Assembly: GCA_963719035.1 (NCBI GenBank)
Contig: CAVRAO010000002.1
Span: 480,001 to 544,000, forward strand
DNA from: Methanobacteriota archaeon
Lineage (GTDB): Archaea > Halobacteriota > Bog-38 > Methanoflorentales > Methanoflorentaceae
DNA: 64,000 nucleotides
Direction: 5' to 3'
This document shows positions 1-10,542 of this stretch, piece after piece. The notes beneath the pieces were generated by a model. It saw nothing but the letters and a program-made list of their open reading frames with translations, made no database searches and was not told where the DNA came from. Every line of letters starts with the position of its first letter. The first letter of the stretch is position 1. Position numbers and translations under genes: made by a program.

Positions 1-1
1 G

Positions 2-73
2 ATAGTATTAATCGCAGGGGCCATCTTCTTTGTAATCGGCTCAATTATAACCGATTGGCGCGAGGGCGGTTGA
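2..73 (+). CDS. 3' end of a membrane protein (partial, runs off the left edge)
   Basis: Open frame IVLIAGAIFFVIGSIITDWREGG* with a hydrophobic helix; stop TGA at 71-73. Confidence 0.4.
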   Translation: MVLIAGAIFFVIGSIITDWREGG

Positions 74-247
74 ACGGCGTTATGAAAAATATCCGACTCA
101 CGCACGGAATAGATAGAGAAAACATCTGCCCTACCAACGCTTGTTGCTGAAGCGGTCCAATGAAACGCTTCAATTGCCGCTAGAATAAAAAAAGCTTTCG
201 CTAGACAAAGAAGTAGCTAACACAAAAAAAGAAGACGCGGAGCGTTC

Positions 248-1027
248 TTACGCTCCCGCGTAGTACAATGTACCTTTTCCTCCCTCGCCGCGATCTCCTT
301 GGTAGACCTTGACAGCATATTGCGTACCATCATAGTCGATTTGGTCGTCTTTCTTGTAAATAAAGCCAGTCAGCCAATACCCAATCTTACCGAGGACAAT
401 AATCTCGCCCTTCGTCATTTGAGCACCAACTCGACTCTCTGCATCCCCTTCGATGACGATCTTACCACCGTGCGCGTGAATGCCGGCCTGGAGATCAACG
501 TTACCTTTGACGACGATTTCGCCGGCTACCATAGCTTCGCCTAAGTCGCTCCCGGCATTGCCGCTTACGACGATCTTACCACCTTTCATGCCGCGCCAGT
601 CACCGCGATAGCTAGCGCCGAGGTAATCACCTGCGTTTCCGTCGATGACCAATTCGCCGCCTTCCATGCCTATGCCAGCGTATGCACCGGCGTCACCGTT
701 TACGCGAAGTCTACCTCCGATCATCCAGCCGCCTGCATACATGCCGACTGAGCCTTTTACCAGAAGCTTACCCGCGGACATTTTCATGCCTATATACTTC
801 ACCTTCGGAACTGATCCATCGATGATGATGCCGATCTCGTTCGGGTCGGGGTCGGTTTCTCCAATTACGTCAAAATAGTCTCCGAGGGCGTACGTTCGGT
901 TGCCCTCGTAGATCTCAACCGCTCGGACTTCGTCAAGCGTCTTGCCAGCAAAGTCGTCAGGCGTGACGTTATCCGCGTCGAGGAACATATACTCTTTGTC
1001 TTTAGGCCGAAGCGTGATCTTTTTCAC
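248..1027 (-). CDS. fwdC: Formylmethanofuran dehydrogenase subunit C
   Basis: GXGXG beta-helix repeats (GDAGAYAGIGMEGG; GDYLGASYRGDWRGMKGG); operon context. Confidence 0.95.
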   Translation of the reverse strand: MKKITLRPKDKEYMFLDADNVTPDDFAGKTLDEVRAVEIYEGNRTYALGDYFDVIGETDPDPNEIGIIIDGSVPKVKYIGMKMSAGKLLVKGSVGMYAGGWMIGGRLRVNGDAGAYAGIGMEGGELVIDGNAGDYLGASYRGDWRGMKGGKIVVSGNAGSDLGEAMVAGEIVVKGNVDLQAGIHAHGGKIVIEGDAESRVGAQMTKGEIIVLGKIGYWLTGFIYKKDDQIDYDGTQYAVKVYQGDRGEGGKGTLYYAGA

Positions 1028-2731
1028 TTACGCCACCCCCGGTTTGATAACTAGACCGCGTGCAACGTACTCGTCTTGGACTGGATAGTTGTTCTTCGTG
1101 ACGCTGTAGAACCTTAAGAACTTCTTTTCGATGTCCTGCATGATCGCTGGGTCCAGAACGCCGTCCGTGGCATCGACCCAAATCGTACGCTTGTTGCCCT
1201 TACTCACAACCTCTCCGTCTATGACGACGATGTCGCCACCTTTAATCGTGCAAGCCGTGTCTTTAAACGCCTTTTCAATGCCTGCAGGGTCCGTTGTGGG
1301 ATCCATGGTCTTCGGGTTGTAGTTGAATATCGCAACATCGGCGTCAGCGCCGACTCCCAGATGGCCCTTCATATCACCAAGTCCGAGCGCTCGAGCAGGA
1401 CCCGCGCGTGTCATCTTAGCAATGTCGTAGAAATCAAAAACGCGAGAGATACCGCCAATAGCGACCCGATCAGGCACTACCTTATGCAACGTCTCAAGTC
1501 GGTCCAGCCGAGCTTGATTTGACATAAGCCAGCTAATTATGCGTGGATAGCGCCTGAAAGGCCCAGCATTGGGATGATCTGTCGTAATGAACGCCTGCAT
1601 TGGATCATCGATCAGAAGCGCGAGCTCAAGTCCTATGGCCCACTGGATGCCGCACACACTAATCTTTGGGCTGTATATGTATGGAACGACGCCAGCAGCG
1701 GTTTCGAGTTCGATATCGGCATTTGACCACTTGAGGTGGTTCGTGTTATGGAGATAGAACTCCATCGGGCCGTCAGCGGTCATCGTTGTGGTCTCGTCAA
1801 GCGTGACAAACCCAACGTCGACCGTCATATTCTTATTCTTGTTTATGCTGTCAGCGATCGTTTGGGCTTCGGTTTCAAAGTCTTTCCACGTGGTACCACC
1901 ATACGAGTGGAACTGCATATGGGCAAAGTTGATCACTTGGTCCCTTTTTCCGTTCTTTGGCAAGATCCCTTCAAGGAGTTTGATGGAATCAAGAGTAGTT
2001 TGGTAGTTACCTGGATGCCCTAAGTTGTTGGGGTGGAGGTGAATCGAAGTCGGCAGGTTCAAAGCCTCATTCGCCTCGGCAAGCCCGCTGATAATCTCAG
2101 ATGGCATTACATCGAAATACGGAACTGGATCGTAAACGTTGACACAATTCATGCCCCATCCCCAGGCTTCTGAACCGCCTGGATTGACGAGCTTGATGGC
2201 GTATCCCTTCGTCGCATTGAGCATCCACGCTACGAAGGCGTTTAGTTTGTCCTGCTCTCCACGCTTAACGTACTCCATCACGAGCCAGTTGTTGCCGAGC
2301 AGTGTGTAGGCCGACTGGTCAATCAGCGGTGTGTCTGCCATTTCCTCATGCGTGTGCCGAGCTAATAGCGGCGGCATTGCCGCTTCGTTCACCTGGGTGT
2401 AGCCCATGCGCGAATATACGTAGCCGGTCTCAAACACAGAAGGAACTGAGAACCCGCCACCCGACCGCGTAAATTTGCCGCGCTTTGACGTATTAAACAG
2501 CTTATCCTCGGGCCTCATGTTGCGGCCAACGTTTACCTTAGGCCCTGCTACGTGGGCGTGTATGTCAATCCCACCTGCCATTACTACTTTGCCGCTCGCA
2601 TCGATGACTTTGGCGTTAGGAGAGACTTTGTCTACTATCTTGTCGTCTCGAATAGCGATGTCCATAACATCGCCATTTACGCCATTTTTAGGATCGTAGA
2701 CGTATCCATTTTTAACTATTATTTCACTCAC
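1028..2731 (-). CDS. fwdA: Formylmethanofuran dehydrogenase subunit A (amidohydrolase)
   Basis: GGIDIHAHVAGPKVN, EAAMPPLLARHTHEE, TTDHPNAGPF motifs. Confidence 0.97.
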   Translation of the reverse strand: MSEIIVKNGYVYDPKNGVNGDVMDIAIRDDKIVDKVSPNAKVIDASGKVVMAGGIDIHAHVAGPKVNVGRNMRPEDKLFNTSKRGKFTRSGGGFSVPSVFETGYVYSRMGYTQVNEAAMPPLLARHTHEEMADTPLIDQSAYTLLGNNWLVMEYVKRGEQDKLNAFVAWMLNATKGYAIKLVNPGGSEAWGWGMNCVNVYDPVPYFDVMPSEIISGLAEANEALNLPTSIHLHPNNLGHPGNYQTTLDSIKLLEGILPKNGKRDQVINFAHMQFHSYGGTTWKDFETEAQTIADSINKNKNMTVDVGFVTLDETTTMTADGPMEFYLHNTNHLKWSNADIELETAAGVVPYIYSPKISVCGIQWAIGLELALLIDDPMQAFITTDHPNAGPFRRYPRIISWLMSNQARLDRLETLHKVVPDRVAIGGISRVFDFYDIAKMTRAGPARALGLGDMKGHLGVGADADVAIFNYNPKTMDPTTDPAGIEKAFKDTACTIKGGDIVVIDGEVVSKGNKRTIWVDATDGVLDPAIMQDIEKKFLRFYSVTKNNYPVQDEYVARGLVIKPGVA

Positions 2732-2750
2732 GTTCTCTCACTCTCCTTCC

Positions 2751-4130
2751 TCACGTTGCCCGCTGCAATATACTGTCAAACGCTCTGACTTCTTCCGGCT
2801 CCTTGACCGCTGTGACTTCTGGGACTTCGAGCCCCTGAAGTTCCATTACGCGTCTGTGGATGCGCTCAATGATTTCTTTGTCAGTTAGAACCCCTTCAGG
2901 CGGTTCAACGACCTTTCTCATTCTTATGGGAACGTTGTCCATGCGATATGCGCTGCCTGCGTCCTCAATGCCCACGATCGCGCTTGGAATATACACGGAT
3001 GCTATCTCCGTCGTTGGAGTCACGTGTGGATCGATGGCTATCATCGGTATTGAGGCAAGCGTCCGCACCATGTTAATTGGGAAATGCGCTCCCGGATCCG
3101 CAGCAATGATCAGTGCCGCATCGGCTTCTTTACGTGCTAAGATGTCGGTTGCGGAGGTTTCGCCTGGATTGTACCGCGGGAACCCTCGGGCGAAGTCGAC
3201 CGCGTACGGAAACCCACATTCCCACAACGAAACTTGATCGGCTCCAGCAACGTTATAATGTCCTCGCATGGCCATAATGAGGAACTTTGTGTACGTGTTC
3301 AAGTCCCGCGTTAAGCTTATGGCGATGTCGATATTCCGATGCTTTCCTCGCGTCATCGTAAGGCCCATACCGAAGAAGATGATTCCAAATCGGCTGTCTT
3401 TCATCGTTTGCGCGACCTTTTCAATATCGGCTCTTGGGATCTCTGCCACAGATTCCGGAAGCGGTTCGCCTCTGAGAGCCACACGCAGCGCATTCATAAG
3501 CTCGTAGTCTCTTCCCTGCTCGGGTTGGATGAAGATATCAGCGTTCTTAGCCGTTTCGGTGTTACGGACATCGACAACGATTTCAGTTCTGTCGGACTTA
3601 CCCCGCTCGGTGAAGAAGCCGCGCTTGTACAACGAGTACCGGCTCATGTGGCGCGGATGTGCGTTTACGGGGTTGCACCCCCAGTAAAGCACCGTATCTG
3701 CGCGATTGATGATCTCGCCGAGAGTGCAGCTTGGAACGCCGACCGTGTGTATCGCCAACATCGACGGCCCGTGGCAACACACTGATGTGTTGTCCATCGT
3801 GCCGCCTACGTCTTCGGCAAGCGCCATGCCAGCCTCCTGCGCCTCACAATGAGTCGAGCTCCACCCATAGAGAAGCGGGTGTTTGGCGTTAACGAGAATC
3901 TCTGCTGCCTTGTTTATCGCCTCGTCCATCGTGCACTCGACGAGCTCCCCTCCTCTGCGCATGCGCGGATGCAAGTGCCGATCAGGCGCTTGAGCCGTCA
4001 TAAACTTATTGTCGCCGATGATGCATGCATTTCGTGTCGCGATGATCTTCTCGGCATCATCGATATCTACTTCGAGGTCATCACATAACGTTCCACAAAA
4101 TGGACACACGACGTCTGTTGCGGTTCTCAT
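2751..4130 (-). CDS. fwdB: Formylmethanofuran dehydrogenase subunit B (Mo/W-pterin, Cys ligand)
   Basis: CPFCGTLCDD, CCHGPS, HPRHMSRYS, MRGHYNVAG motifs. Confidence 0.97.
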   Translation of the reverse strand: MRTATDVVCPFCGTLCDDLEVDIDDAEKIIATRNACIIGDNKFMTAQAPDRHLHPRMRRGGELVECTMDEAINKAAEILVNAKHPLLYGWSSTHCEAQEAGMALAEDVGGTMDNTSVCCHGPSMLAIHTVGVPSCTLGEIINRADTVLYWGCNPVNAHPRHMSRYSLYKRGFFTERGKSDRTEIVVDVRNTETAKNADIFIQPEQGRDYELMNALRVALRGEPLPESVAEIPRADIEKVAQTMKDSRFGIIFFGMGLTMTRGKHRNIDIAISLTRDLNTYTKFLIMAMRGHYNVAGADQVSLWECGFPYAVDFARGFPRYNPGETSATDILARKEADAALIIAADPGAHFPINMVRTLASIPMIAIDPHVTPTTEIASVYIPSAIVGIEDAGSAYRMDNVPIRMRKVVEPPEGVLTDKEIIERIHRRVMELQGLEVPEVTAVKEPEEVRAFDSILQRAT

Positions 4131-4546
4131 GCCTCTACTCCTCCTTGTGTCGTCATCTTTATGAGGGCGATGGCGCCTAAAACCTTCTTTCCTGGCGCAG
4201 GGGTTATGGTAACCATTATACCTTTGTATGAAGGCATCCCCGTCGTATTTGTCTCAGGATCGACGACTTGATTTGCCCATGGCCCCATCGGAATGAATAC
4301 GATTCCTGGATGCGGCCCATACGGCGATTTAATTGCTCGTACCACCACTTCACCGTAGTCAGACTTGACCAAGACGCTCGATCCCGGCCAAACGTTGAGC
4401 GTTTTGAAGTCGCTGGGATCGATATGCACGAACCCAGCAGCATCAATGTACTCTTGCTTGTCCTTCCATCCTTCGATGGCAACGCCCTGTTCAATGGTCC
4501 GTCCGGTGATGAGGTTAGCCGTAAAAACTGGGTCAGAACTCGTCAT
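4127..4546 (-). CDS. fwdD: Formylmethanofuran dehydrogenase subunit D
   Basis: [27 protein letters not shown]; ATG at 4546 follows a GGAAGGTG RBS-like site. Confidence 0.93.
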   Translation of the reverse strand: MTSSDPVFTANLITGRTIEQGVAIEGWKDKQEYIDAAGFVHIDPSDFKTLNVWPGSSVLVKSDYGEVVVRAIKSPYGPHPGIVFIPMGPWANQVVDPETNTTGMPSYKGIMVTITPAPGKKVLGAIALIKMTTQGGVEA

Positions 4547-4991
4547 CCGCCGCGACACCTTCCTGCCCTGCTGCAACTGCCTGCTTCAACGGATTGGGGC
4601 CCAGTTTCTTAATGGTGTTGACCATATCCTGGACCACCTCTGCCCAAATGGCACCTTCTGAAGCGGATATCATTGTCATGCGCAAGCGCTCACGGTCGTA
4701 ACCGTACTCTTCAATGAGCTTTCTTAGGAGCGCAACGCGACGTCGCGACTTGAAGTTGCCAGCAAGATAGTGACAGTCACCAATGTGGCAACCCGATATA
4801 AGCACGCCATCCGCTCCAACGCTCAGGGCCTTCAGCACGAACGCTGGATCGAGTCTGCCTGTGCACATGATGCGGATGACTCGTACGTTCGTCGGGTACT
4901 GCATTCTCGAGGTACCAGCGAGGTCAGCCCCCGCATAGGTGCACCAGTTACAGAGTATACCTAAGATGTTTGGTTCAAATTCCTCTGCCAT
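4533..4991 (-). CDS. mvhD: F420-non-reducing hydrogenase [2Fe-2S] subunit D
   Basis: [30 protein letters not shown]. Confidence 0.95.
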   Translation of the reverse strand: MAEEFEPNILGILCNWCTYAGADLAGTSRMQYPTNVRVIRIMCTGRLDPAFVLKALSVGADGVLISGCHIGDCHYLAGNFKSRRRVALLRKLIEEYGYDRERLRMTMISASEGAIWAEVVQDMVNTIKKLGPNPLKQAVAAGQEGVAADDEF

Positions 4992-4996
4992 TGCTA

Positions 4997-6977
4997 TCAC
5001 CACCCCTGGGCAAACGCTTCTATTTCACTCATAATCTGCTCATTCGTGAAGTGCTGCATCTTTATGGCGCCGCTTGGACACGCGGAACCGCACGTGCCGC
5101 AACCCTTACACTTCGCCTCATTGACGCTCGCAACAAGCTTGTCGTCAACTTGGTGCAGCTCAGTCGCGCCGTATGGGCACAGACCGATGCACGTGGCACA
5201 GCCCCCGCAGTGTTCCTGGTCTACGATAGCGTAGATCGGTTCGAGGGTGACTGATCCCCTGTGTATCGGGATTGATGCTGCTGCCGCTGCTGCCGCTGCG
5301 TGACTCACGACATCCGGAATATCTCTCGGTCCTTGGCACATCCCTGCTAAGAATACCCCATCAGTGGTCGTCGACATGGGGTTAAGCTTCGGGTGCGCTT
5401 CTAGCAAGAACCCATCCGGACTGTTAGAAAGCGTCAGAAGCGTCTTTATCTTCGATGTGCTCTCAGCGGGCACCACTGCATTTGCCAACACTACCATGTC
5501 AAGTTCCATCTCGAGGGTTTGTCCAAGGAGCGTATCCTCAGCCGTTACGGTAAGGTTCTTTGTGACCGGATCTTCGGTGATCCTCGAAACGCGACCTCGG
5601 ATAAACTTGCCGCCTTCATTCTGAATGCGGTAGTAGAACTCCTCGTACGCCTTGCCAAAGGCTCGTATGTCCATGTAGAACAAGTAGGGCACACATCCCG
5701 GCATCTTCTCGATCAACTGGTGAGCGTGCTTCAAGCTGTACATGCAGCATACACGCGAGCAGTACCGGCTTAGCACCGTCCTCTTCATCCTGATCACGCG
5801 AGCCTGCGCAGAGCACAAAGCCAACGCTCTTAGGCTTCTGACCGTCAGAAGGCCTGACGACGTTTCCACCTGTCGGACCGGATGCGCTGATCAACCGTTC
5901 TAACTCGAGCCCAGTCAAAACGTTGTCGAAGACCTTATAACCCCACTCTTCCTTGCGCTCAACGTCGTACATATCGAACCCAGTGGCGACGATAATCGTG
6001 CCCACCTTGACCGTCACGAGCTCGTCGGGCTTGTCGAAGTCAATTGCCTCAAGGTCGCCGCACGCTTCCTGGGTTTTACAGAGGTCACACTTGATACAGC
6101 TGTCCATGTCAATGGTGAACTTGAGCGGCACTGCCTGTGGGAACGGCACATAGGCCGCCTTTCGAGGCTGCAAGCCCAGGTCAAACTCGTTTGGCCGTGA
6201 AACAGGACATACCTCTTGGCATTTGCCACAGCCGTTACACTTGTCTTCGTACACATATCGCGACTTCTGGCGAATGGTAACGTCGAAGTTTCCTATGTAA
6301 CCGCTTACGTCTTCGACCTCCGAGTAGGTCATCAGCTCAATATTTGGATTGCGCTCAACGTCGACCATCTTGGGTGTCAGTATACATTGCGAGCAGTCGA
6401 GTGTGGGGAACGTCTTGTCGAGACGGGACATCATGCCGCCGATGGACGGCTCCTTCTCCACTAAATACGTCTTTATTCCCGCATCGGCAAGCTCCAGTGA
6501 GGCTTGGATGCCGGCGATACCTGCGCCGATAACGAGCGCAGCCTTTTCAACCGGCACTGTCTTTGCAGTGAGGGGCTCCAGCATTGATGCCCGCGCGACC
6601 TCCATTCTGACTACATCCTTTGCCTTTTGCATTGCCTTTTCTGGCTCTTCCATGTGAACCCACGTGTTCTGCTCTCGGATGTTCGCCATCGAAAACAGGA
6701 ACTGGTTTACTCCGCCCTCTTCAGTCGCTTTCCTAAACGTAGGTTCGTGTAGCCTTGGTGAACAAGCCGCTACGACCGTCCCGTTGAGGTTGTGTTCCTT
6801 GATGGCGTCTCTGATCATGGTTTGGCCGGGCGTTGAACACACATACGTATAATCCTCGGCGTATGCAACGTTCGGCAGCGTCTTTGCGTACTCAGCCAAC
6901 GCCTTAACGTCTATGACGCCTGCGATGTTAGTACCGCAGTGACATACGAATACGCCGATTCTCTTCTCTTCGTCCAT
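4997..6977 (-). CDS. hdrA: Heterodisulfide reductase subunit A, split into two ORFs by a 1-nt frameshift near 5765
   Basis: N-part: [33 protein letters not shown]-part: [23 protein letters not shown], two ferredoxin motifs. Removing one G from AAG CCG GTA CTG joins the frames as KPYCSRVCC. Confidence 0.93.
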
Positions 6978-6995
6978 TTGTGTTTACCTCCTCCC

Positions 6996-7880
6996 TCACA
7001 GTAGTTTTGCGAGCAGTGGCTCAACGCTTATCTCGTGGGCATCGAGGCCCAACTCTTCAGGGTTCATGCCCTGTGCTAAGCCAAGAAGCTGGTTGTAGTG
7101 GAGAACCGGCAGGTCGTACACATCCCCAAACTTCTCCTTGATTTCAACCTGTCCACGATCTAACTGGAGGTGACAAAACGGGCAGACATTTACTACGACG
7201 TCTGCGTTTGCTTGCATCATATTGTAGAGCTTTTCGTTAACCATATCGAGCGCGAGATCGACCTTATACGATCGAACACCGCCTCCCGCCCCACAACACA
7301 TCATCTTTTCCTTGTAATCGACCGATTTGGCCCCTAGTGCCTCAACCAGCTCATCGAAGAATACCGGTCTTTCTGAAGAACCGAACGTCCTGTCGAACTT
7401 TGGCTTTAGCAAGTGACACCCGTAGTGAATGGCCACGTTCAAGCCGGTCAGTGGCAGTTCAACCGATTCCTTCACTTTCTCAGTTCCGACATCGTTGTAT
7501 AGAATGTCGATTAGGTGTCGAACCTCAATTGATCCTTGAAACTCAGTATCTATGTTTGCAAGAATCGAATTGATTTTGTCCTTCAACTCCGGATTGCCTT
7601 TAAGCCGGTGATTCGCCTCGAACAGCGACTTATAACAGCCGTTACATATTAGGGCTATGTCTTTGCCTTCCTTTTCAGATAGGCAAATATTTCGCGCTCC
7701 GAGCGCAAGCCACGCATCCACATCCATTGATCCGAATGCGCCAGGTGCGGGGCAGCACGACGCTCCTTTGAAATCTTGTAGATCGATATCGAACTTTCTT
7801 GAAGTCTTCACTGCAGACGATTCAATGCCGGGATATCTGTTAGGAGCGATACAGCCTAGGAAGAAATTATACTCCTTCAT
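6996..7880 (-). CDS. hdrB: Heterodisulfide reductase subunit B
   Basis: CCG domains: FLGC, SCCPAPG, HYGCH, CCGAGGG, CPFCHLQLD. Confidence 0.97.
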   Translation of the reverse strand: MKEYNFFLGCIAPNRYPGIESSAVKTSRKFDIDLQDFKGASCCPAPGAFGSMDVDAWLALGARNICLSEKEGKDIALICNGCYKSLFEANHRLKGNPELKDKINSILANIDTEFQGSIEVRHLIDILYNDVGTEKVKESVELPLTGLNVAIHYGCHLLKPKFDRTFGSSERPVFFDELVEALGAKSVDYKEKMMCCGAGGGVRSYKVDLALDMVNEKLYNMMQANADVVVNVCPFCHLQLDRGQVEIKEKFGDVYDLPVLHYNQLLGLAQGMNPEELGLDAHEISVEPLLAKLL

Positions 7881-8434
7881 TGACTTTCCGCCTCCATCTC
7901 CTCTCTGATTTTAAGTAGTCCCGTAACCTCGAGTATCTTGTTAATGTCTTTAATGTACTCTGGGTACGTGTGTGTCGTCGGGGGGTTCTCGGGCAGTCCG
8001 AGCAAAACGCGTTTTTTCATGTTACCCTCGCTGTTCGGAACTCCGTGACCCGTCTTGGAGATCGCGCCCATGATCTTTATCATGCTCATCGGCACTTTGT
8101 GCTCCCGGGTCGCAATATTCCGCAGCGCAATGATAGCATCGGTTGCGATGATCCGGCGCGGGCACCTATCAGAGCACGTATAACACGTTGTGCAGAGCCA
8201 CAGGTCTGGATCGTCGAGCACCTCTCTCATGCCTAGATTAGCCTTTCTCATTATCGTTCTAACTCGCAGCCCGCTTCTTTGAGTCATTGGGCAGCCTGCA
8301 GTGCACGTTCCACACTGGTAACACATTTGCGCGTTCTTGCCGCCGCGGGCTTCGACCTCTTTGATGAGATCCGGGTCAAATTGAGTTTTACCAAGCTGAT
8401 AGTGCTTTGGGTCTCTCATTCCTTCGCTTGTCAT
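7877..8434 (-). CDS. hdrC: Heterodisulfide reductase subunit C
   Basis: CYQCGTCTAGCP and LWLCTTCYTCSDRCPR. Confidence 0.96.
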   Translation of the reverse strand: MTSEGMRDPKHYQLGKTQFDPDLIKEVEARGGKNAQMCYQCGTCTAGCPMTQRSGLRVRTIMRKANLGMREVLDDPDLWLCTTCYTCSDRCPRRIIATDAIIALRNIATREHKVPMSMIKIMGAISKTGHGVPNSEGNMKKRVLLGLPENPPTTHTYPEYIKDINKILEVTGLLKIREEMEAESQ

Positions 8435-8436
8435 CT

Positions 8437-9549
8437 TTATGTCCCCAGCTTTTCGATCGTCGGAGTCTTAAGCTCCATCATCTTGCCAGCCGTTTTCTTG
8501 TAAAGCTCCGTCTCCGTGCCTTCGATGTGTATCACGTCGCGCTTGACCTCAATCGTGTTAGCGACCGGACAAACGTTCACACAGGCACCGCAGAGCACAC
8601 AGAAGTCGTCGTTAACTTCAAGCTTCGCTGCGATTTCTCCGGGCTCTTTTTGAGGTGGCAAATACAGTGCGTTACACGGACAGATCTCTACGCATGCAGA
8701 ACATCCTGCTGGGCAGTTTTCCGTCTTTATGTCAATAGAGCCTTCAAAGATCTTCTTAATATCAATGGTGTTCTCGATAGGGCACGTCTTTGCGCACCAC
8801 GTGCAGAACATACACTCATCTTTGTTGATCGTGACCTCGCCCTGGAGCTTGGCCTCAGCGATCGTACGATCTATTTTTATTGAGTCCGTCGGACAGATCT
8901 CCTCACAGATCTTGCACCCATCGCACTCAGCAGAGTCAAACTTCACTTCGCCGGCTGCTTCGATGTTGATGGGGGTCGCCTCTTCATGCTCCACCGTCAA
9001 CGCGTCACAGATCTCACCACAAAGACCACAATAGGTGCACTTGTTTTCACTTCCCGGGTCCTCGTCGAGTTGCATCTCGGCGGTGTACGTGATCGCTTGC
9101 TGTCGCCCAGTGACCTCTGGCACGTTTCGCTCTATCGCGTTGTCGCGTGGACACATCTCTTCGCAAACCTTGCATCTCACGCACGTGTCTAGGTTTATCT
9201 CAGCTACCTTTAGGTAGTGTGGGAATCCTTCCTGGTCAATGAGATCGGTCTTCGGCTCACCGTTCTCGGTGAGTTTTAGCGCAGTAAATGGACACAATTC
9301 CACGCATACGCCGCAATATGAGCACTTCTTCTGATCGAAGACCATCTCGGGGACTTCCATCTCCTTAAAGCCCACAGCGCCGACTGGACCCTTCTCTATG
9401 GCCTCTTCTGGACATACTTCTTTACAAATGCCGCAGCCAGTACATCGCTCCATGTCAAGAGCGAGGTTGAGGACCTGTACCAGCGTTTTCTGTTCTATGA
9501 TCGATTTTCGTCCTTCCTCTCTTTTAGAGTATATCGGAAACAAAGCCAA
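8437..9549 (-). CDS. fwdF: Polyferredoxin, FwdF
   Basis: Eight CxxCxxCxxxC(P) motifs; position in the fwd/hdr operon. Confidence 0.88.
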   Translation of the reverse strand: MALFPIYSKREEGRKSIIEQKTLVQVLNLALDMERCTGCGICKEVCPEEAIEKGPVGAVGFKEMEVPEMVFDQKKCSYCGVCVELCPFTALKLTENGEPKTDLIDQEGFPHYLKVAEINLDTCVRCKVCEEMCPRDNAIERNVPEVTGRQQAITYTAEMQLDEDPGSENKCTYCGLCGEICDALTVEHEEATPINIEAAGEVKFDSAECDGCKICEEICPTDSIKIDRTIAEAKLQGEVTINKDECMFCTWCAKTCPIENTIDIKKIFEGSIDIKTENCPAGCSACVEICPCNALYLPPQKEPGEIAAKLEVNDDFCVLCGACVNVCPVANTIEVKRDVIHIEGTETELYKKTAGKMMELKTPTIEKLGT

Positions 9550-9564
9550 AGCTCATTCCCTCCT

Positions 9565-9789
9565 TTATTGTGTTAGCTGGATGCAATCTCTCGGACATGC
9601 CTGAAGGCAAACGCCGCACGCTTCGCAGACATCCTCGTCTACGGCGAGGGATTTGCCACCCTGCACTTTGTACGTCTTCTTGGTCGTCGCGGGCTCATCA
9701 AAGACGAGTTCAAGCGCGTTGACTGGACACGCCACGACGCAGTTGTTGCAGCCAGTGCAGCTCTTATCTATGTGTAACGCAAATGTCAC
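9565..9789 (-). CDS. fwdG: 2x[4Fe-4S] ferredoxin, FwdG-like
   Basis: CTGCNNCVVACPVNA and CEACGVCLQACP; first gene of the operon. Confidence 0.8.
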   Translation of the reverse strand: MTFALHIDKSCTGCNNCVVACPVNALELVFDEPATTKKTYKVQGGKSLAVDEDVCEACGVCLQACPRDCIQLTQ

Positions 9790-10542
9790 TTATTTCACCA
9801 GCCTCGTATCAACTAAAAAGTCAACTAGTTCACTCGTAGGTTCAAAATGTGTAATATAAAAAGCTTATTATTTCGTTCGATTATCAAAGCCATTTTGTCG
9901 CTTTAAACCTACCCATCACTTCGTTTAGCGCATCGACAAACGGCGTTCGCCGTTCCTCGTACGCTAGCATTCATATATTATTTAGTCTGATTATATATTA
10001 TTTACTTCAATAAATCAAATTCTCGCGTAAGTTTATACCTTTCAAAACTAGCGAATTAGCAAGATTTTTTAGGCATAAACTGCGTGTATTATTTTTAAAA
10101 ATATACATATATATATTTGTCATTTGAAGATGATAAAGCTGCTGGCAACGTCACCAACCCAGCAGCTAGTCACGTTCGTTTAACGATAAAGCGTCGAACT
10201 CGCGCGCCAAACGGGAAGTCTGTACGGTTTCAGCCCTTCCAGCGCGTTTAAAGAGCCAAGAATATCTCGCGTTCAAATAGAGCTATAACAATTTTATATA
10301 TTAGTAATTTCATATAAATACCTAGTTAGAATTGATAGCAGTTTTGGCACTTCGGTGTAGAATATTTTTGAATTGAACTTCTTTATAACATCTGTTCAAA
10401 ATATTTTATATAGAGGGAGCCAAAATACAAGTGGGTCAAGAGTGTGAGGCAATTTTGCATATCTCCGAGAGGTCATGGCTTATGTGACATTCTAATTGAC
10501 TCTCACTGCTTTTCCAGATTTTAGACACGAGGTGACTCATAA
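9790..10542. promoter_or_regulatory. AT-rich divergent promoter region between fwdG and mvhG
   Basis: Several TATA-like boxes on both strands (e.g. TTTATATA near 10405); ATATATTATTTA repeated at 9973 and 9993. Confidence 0.6.
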
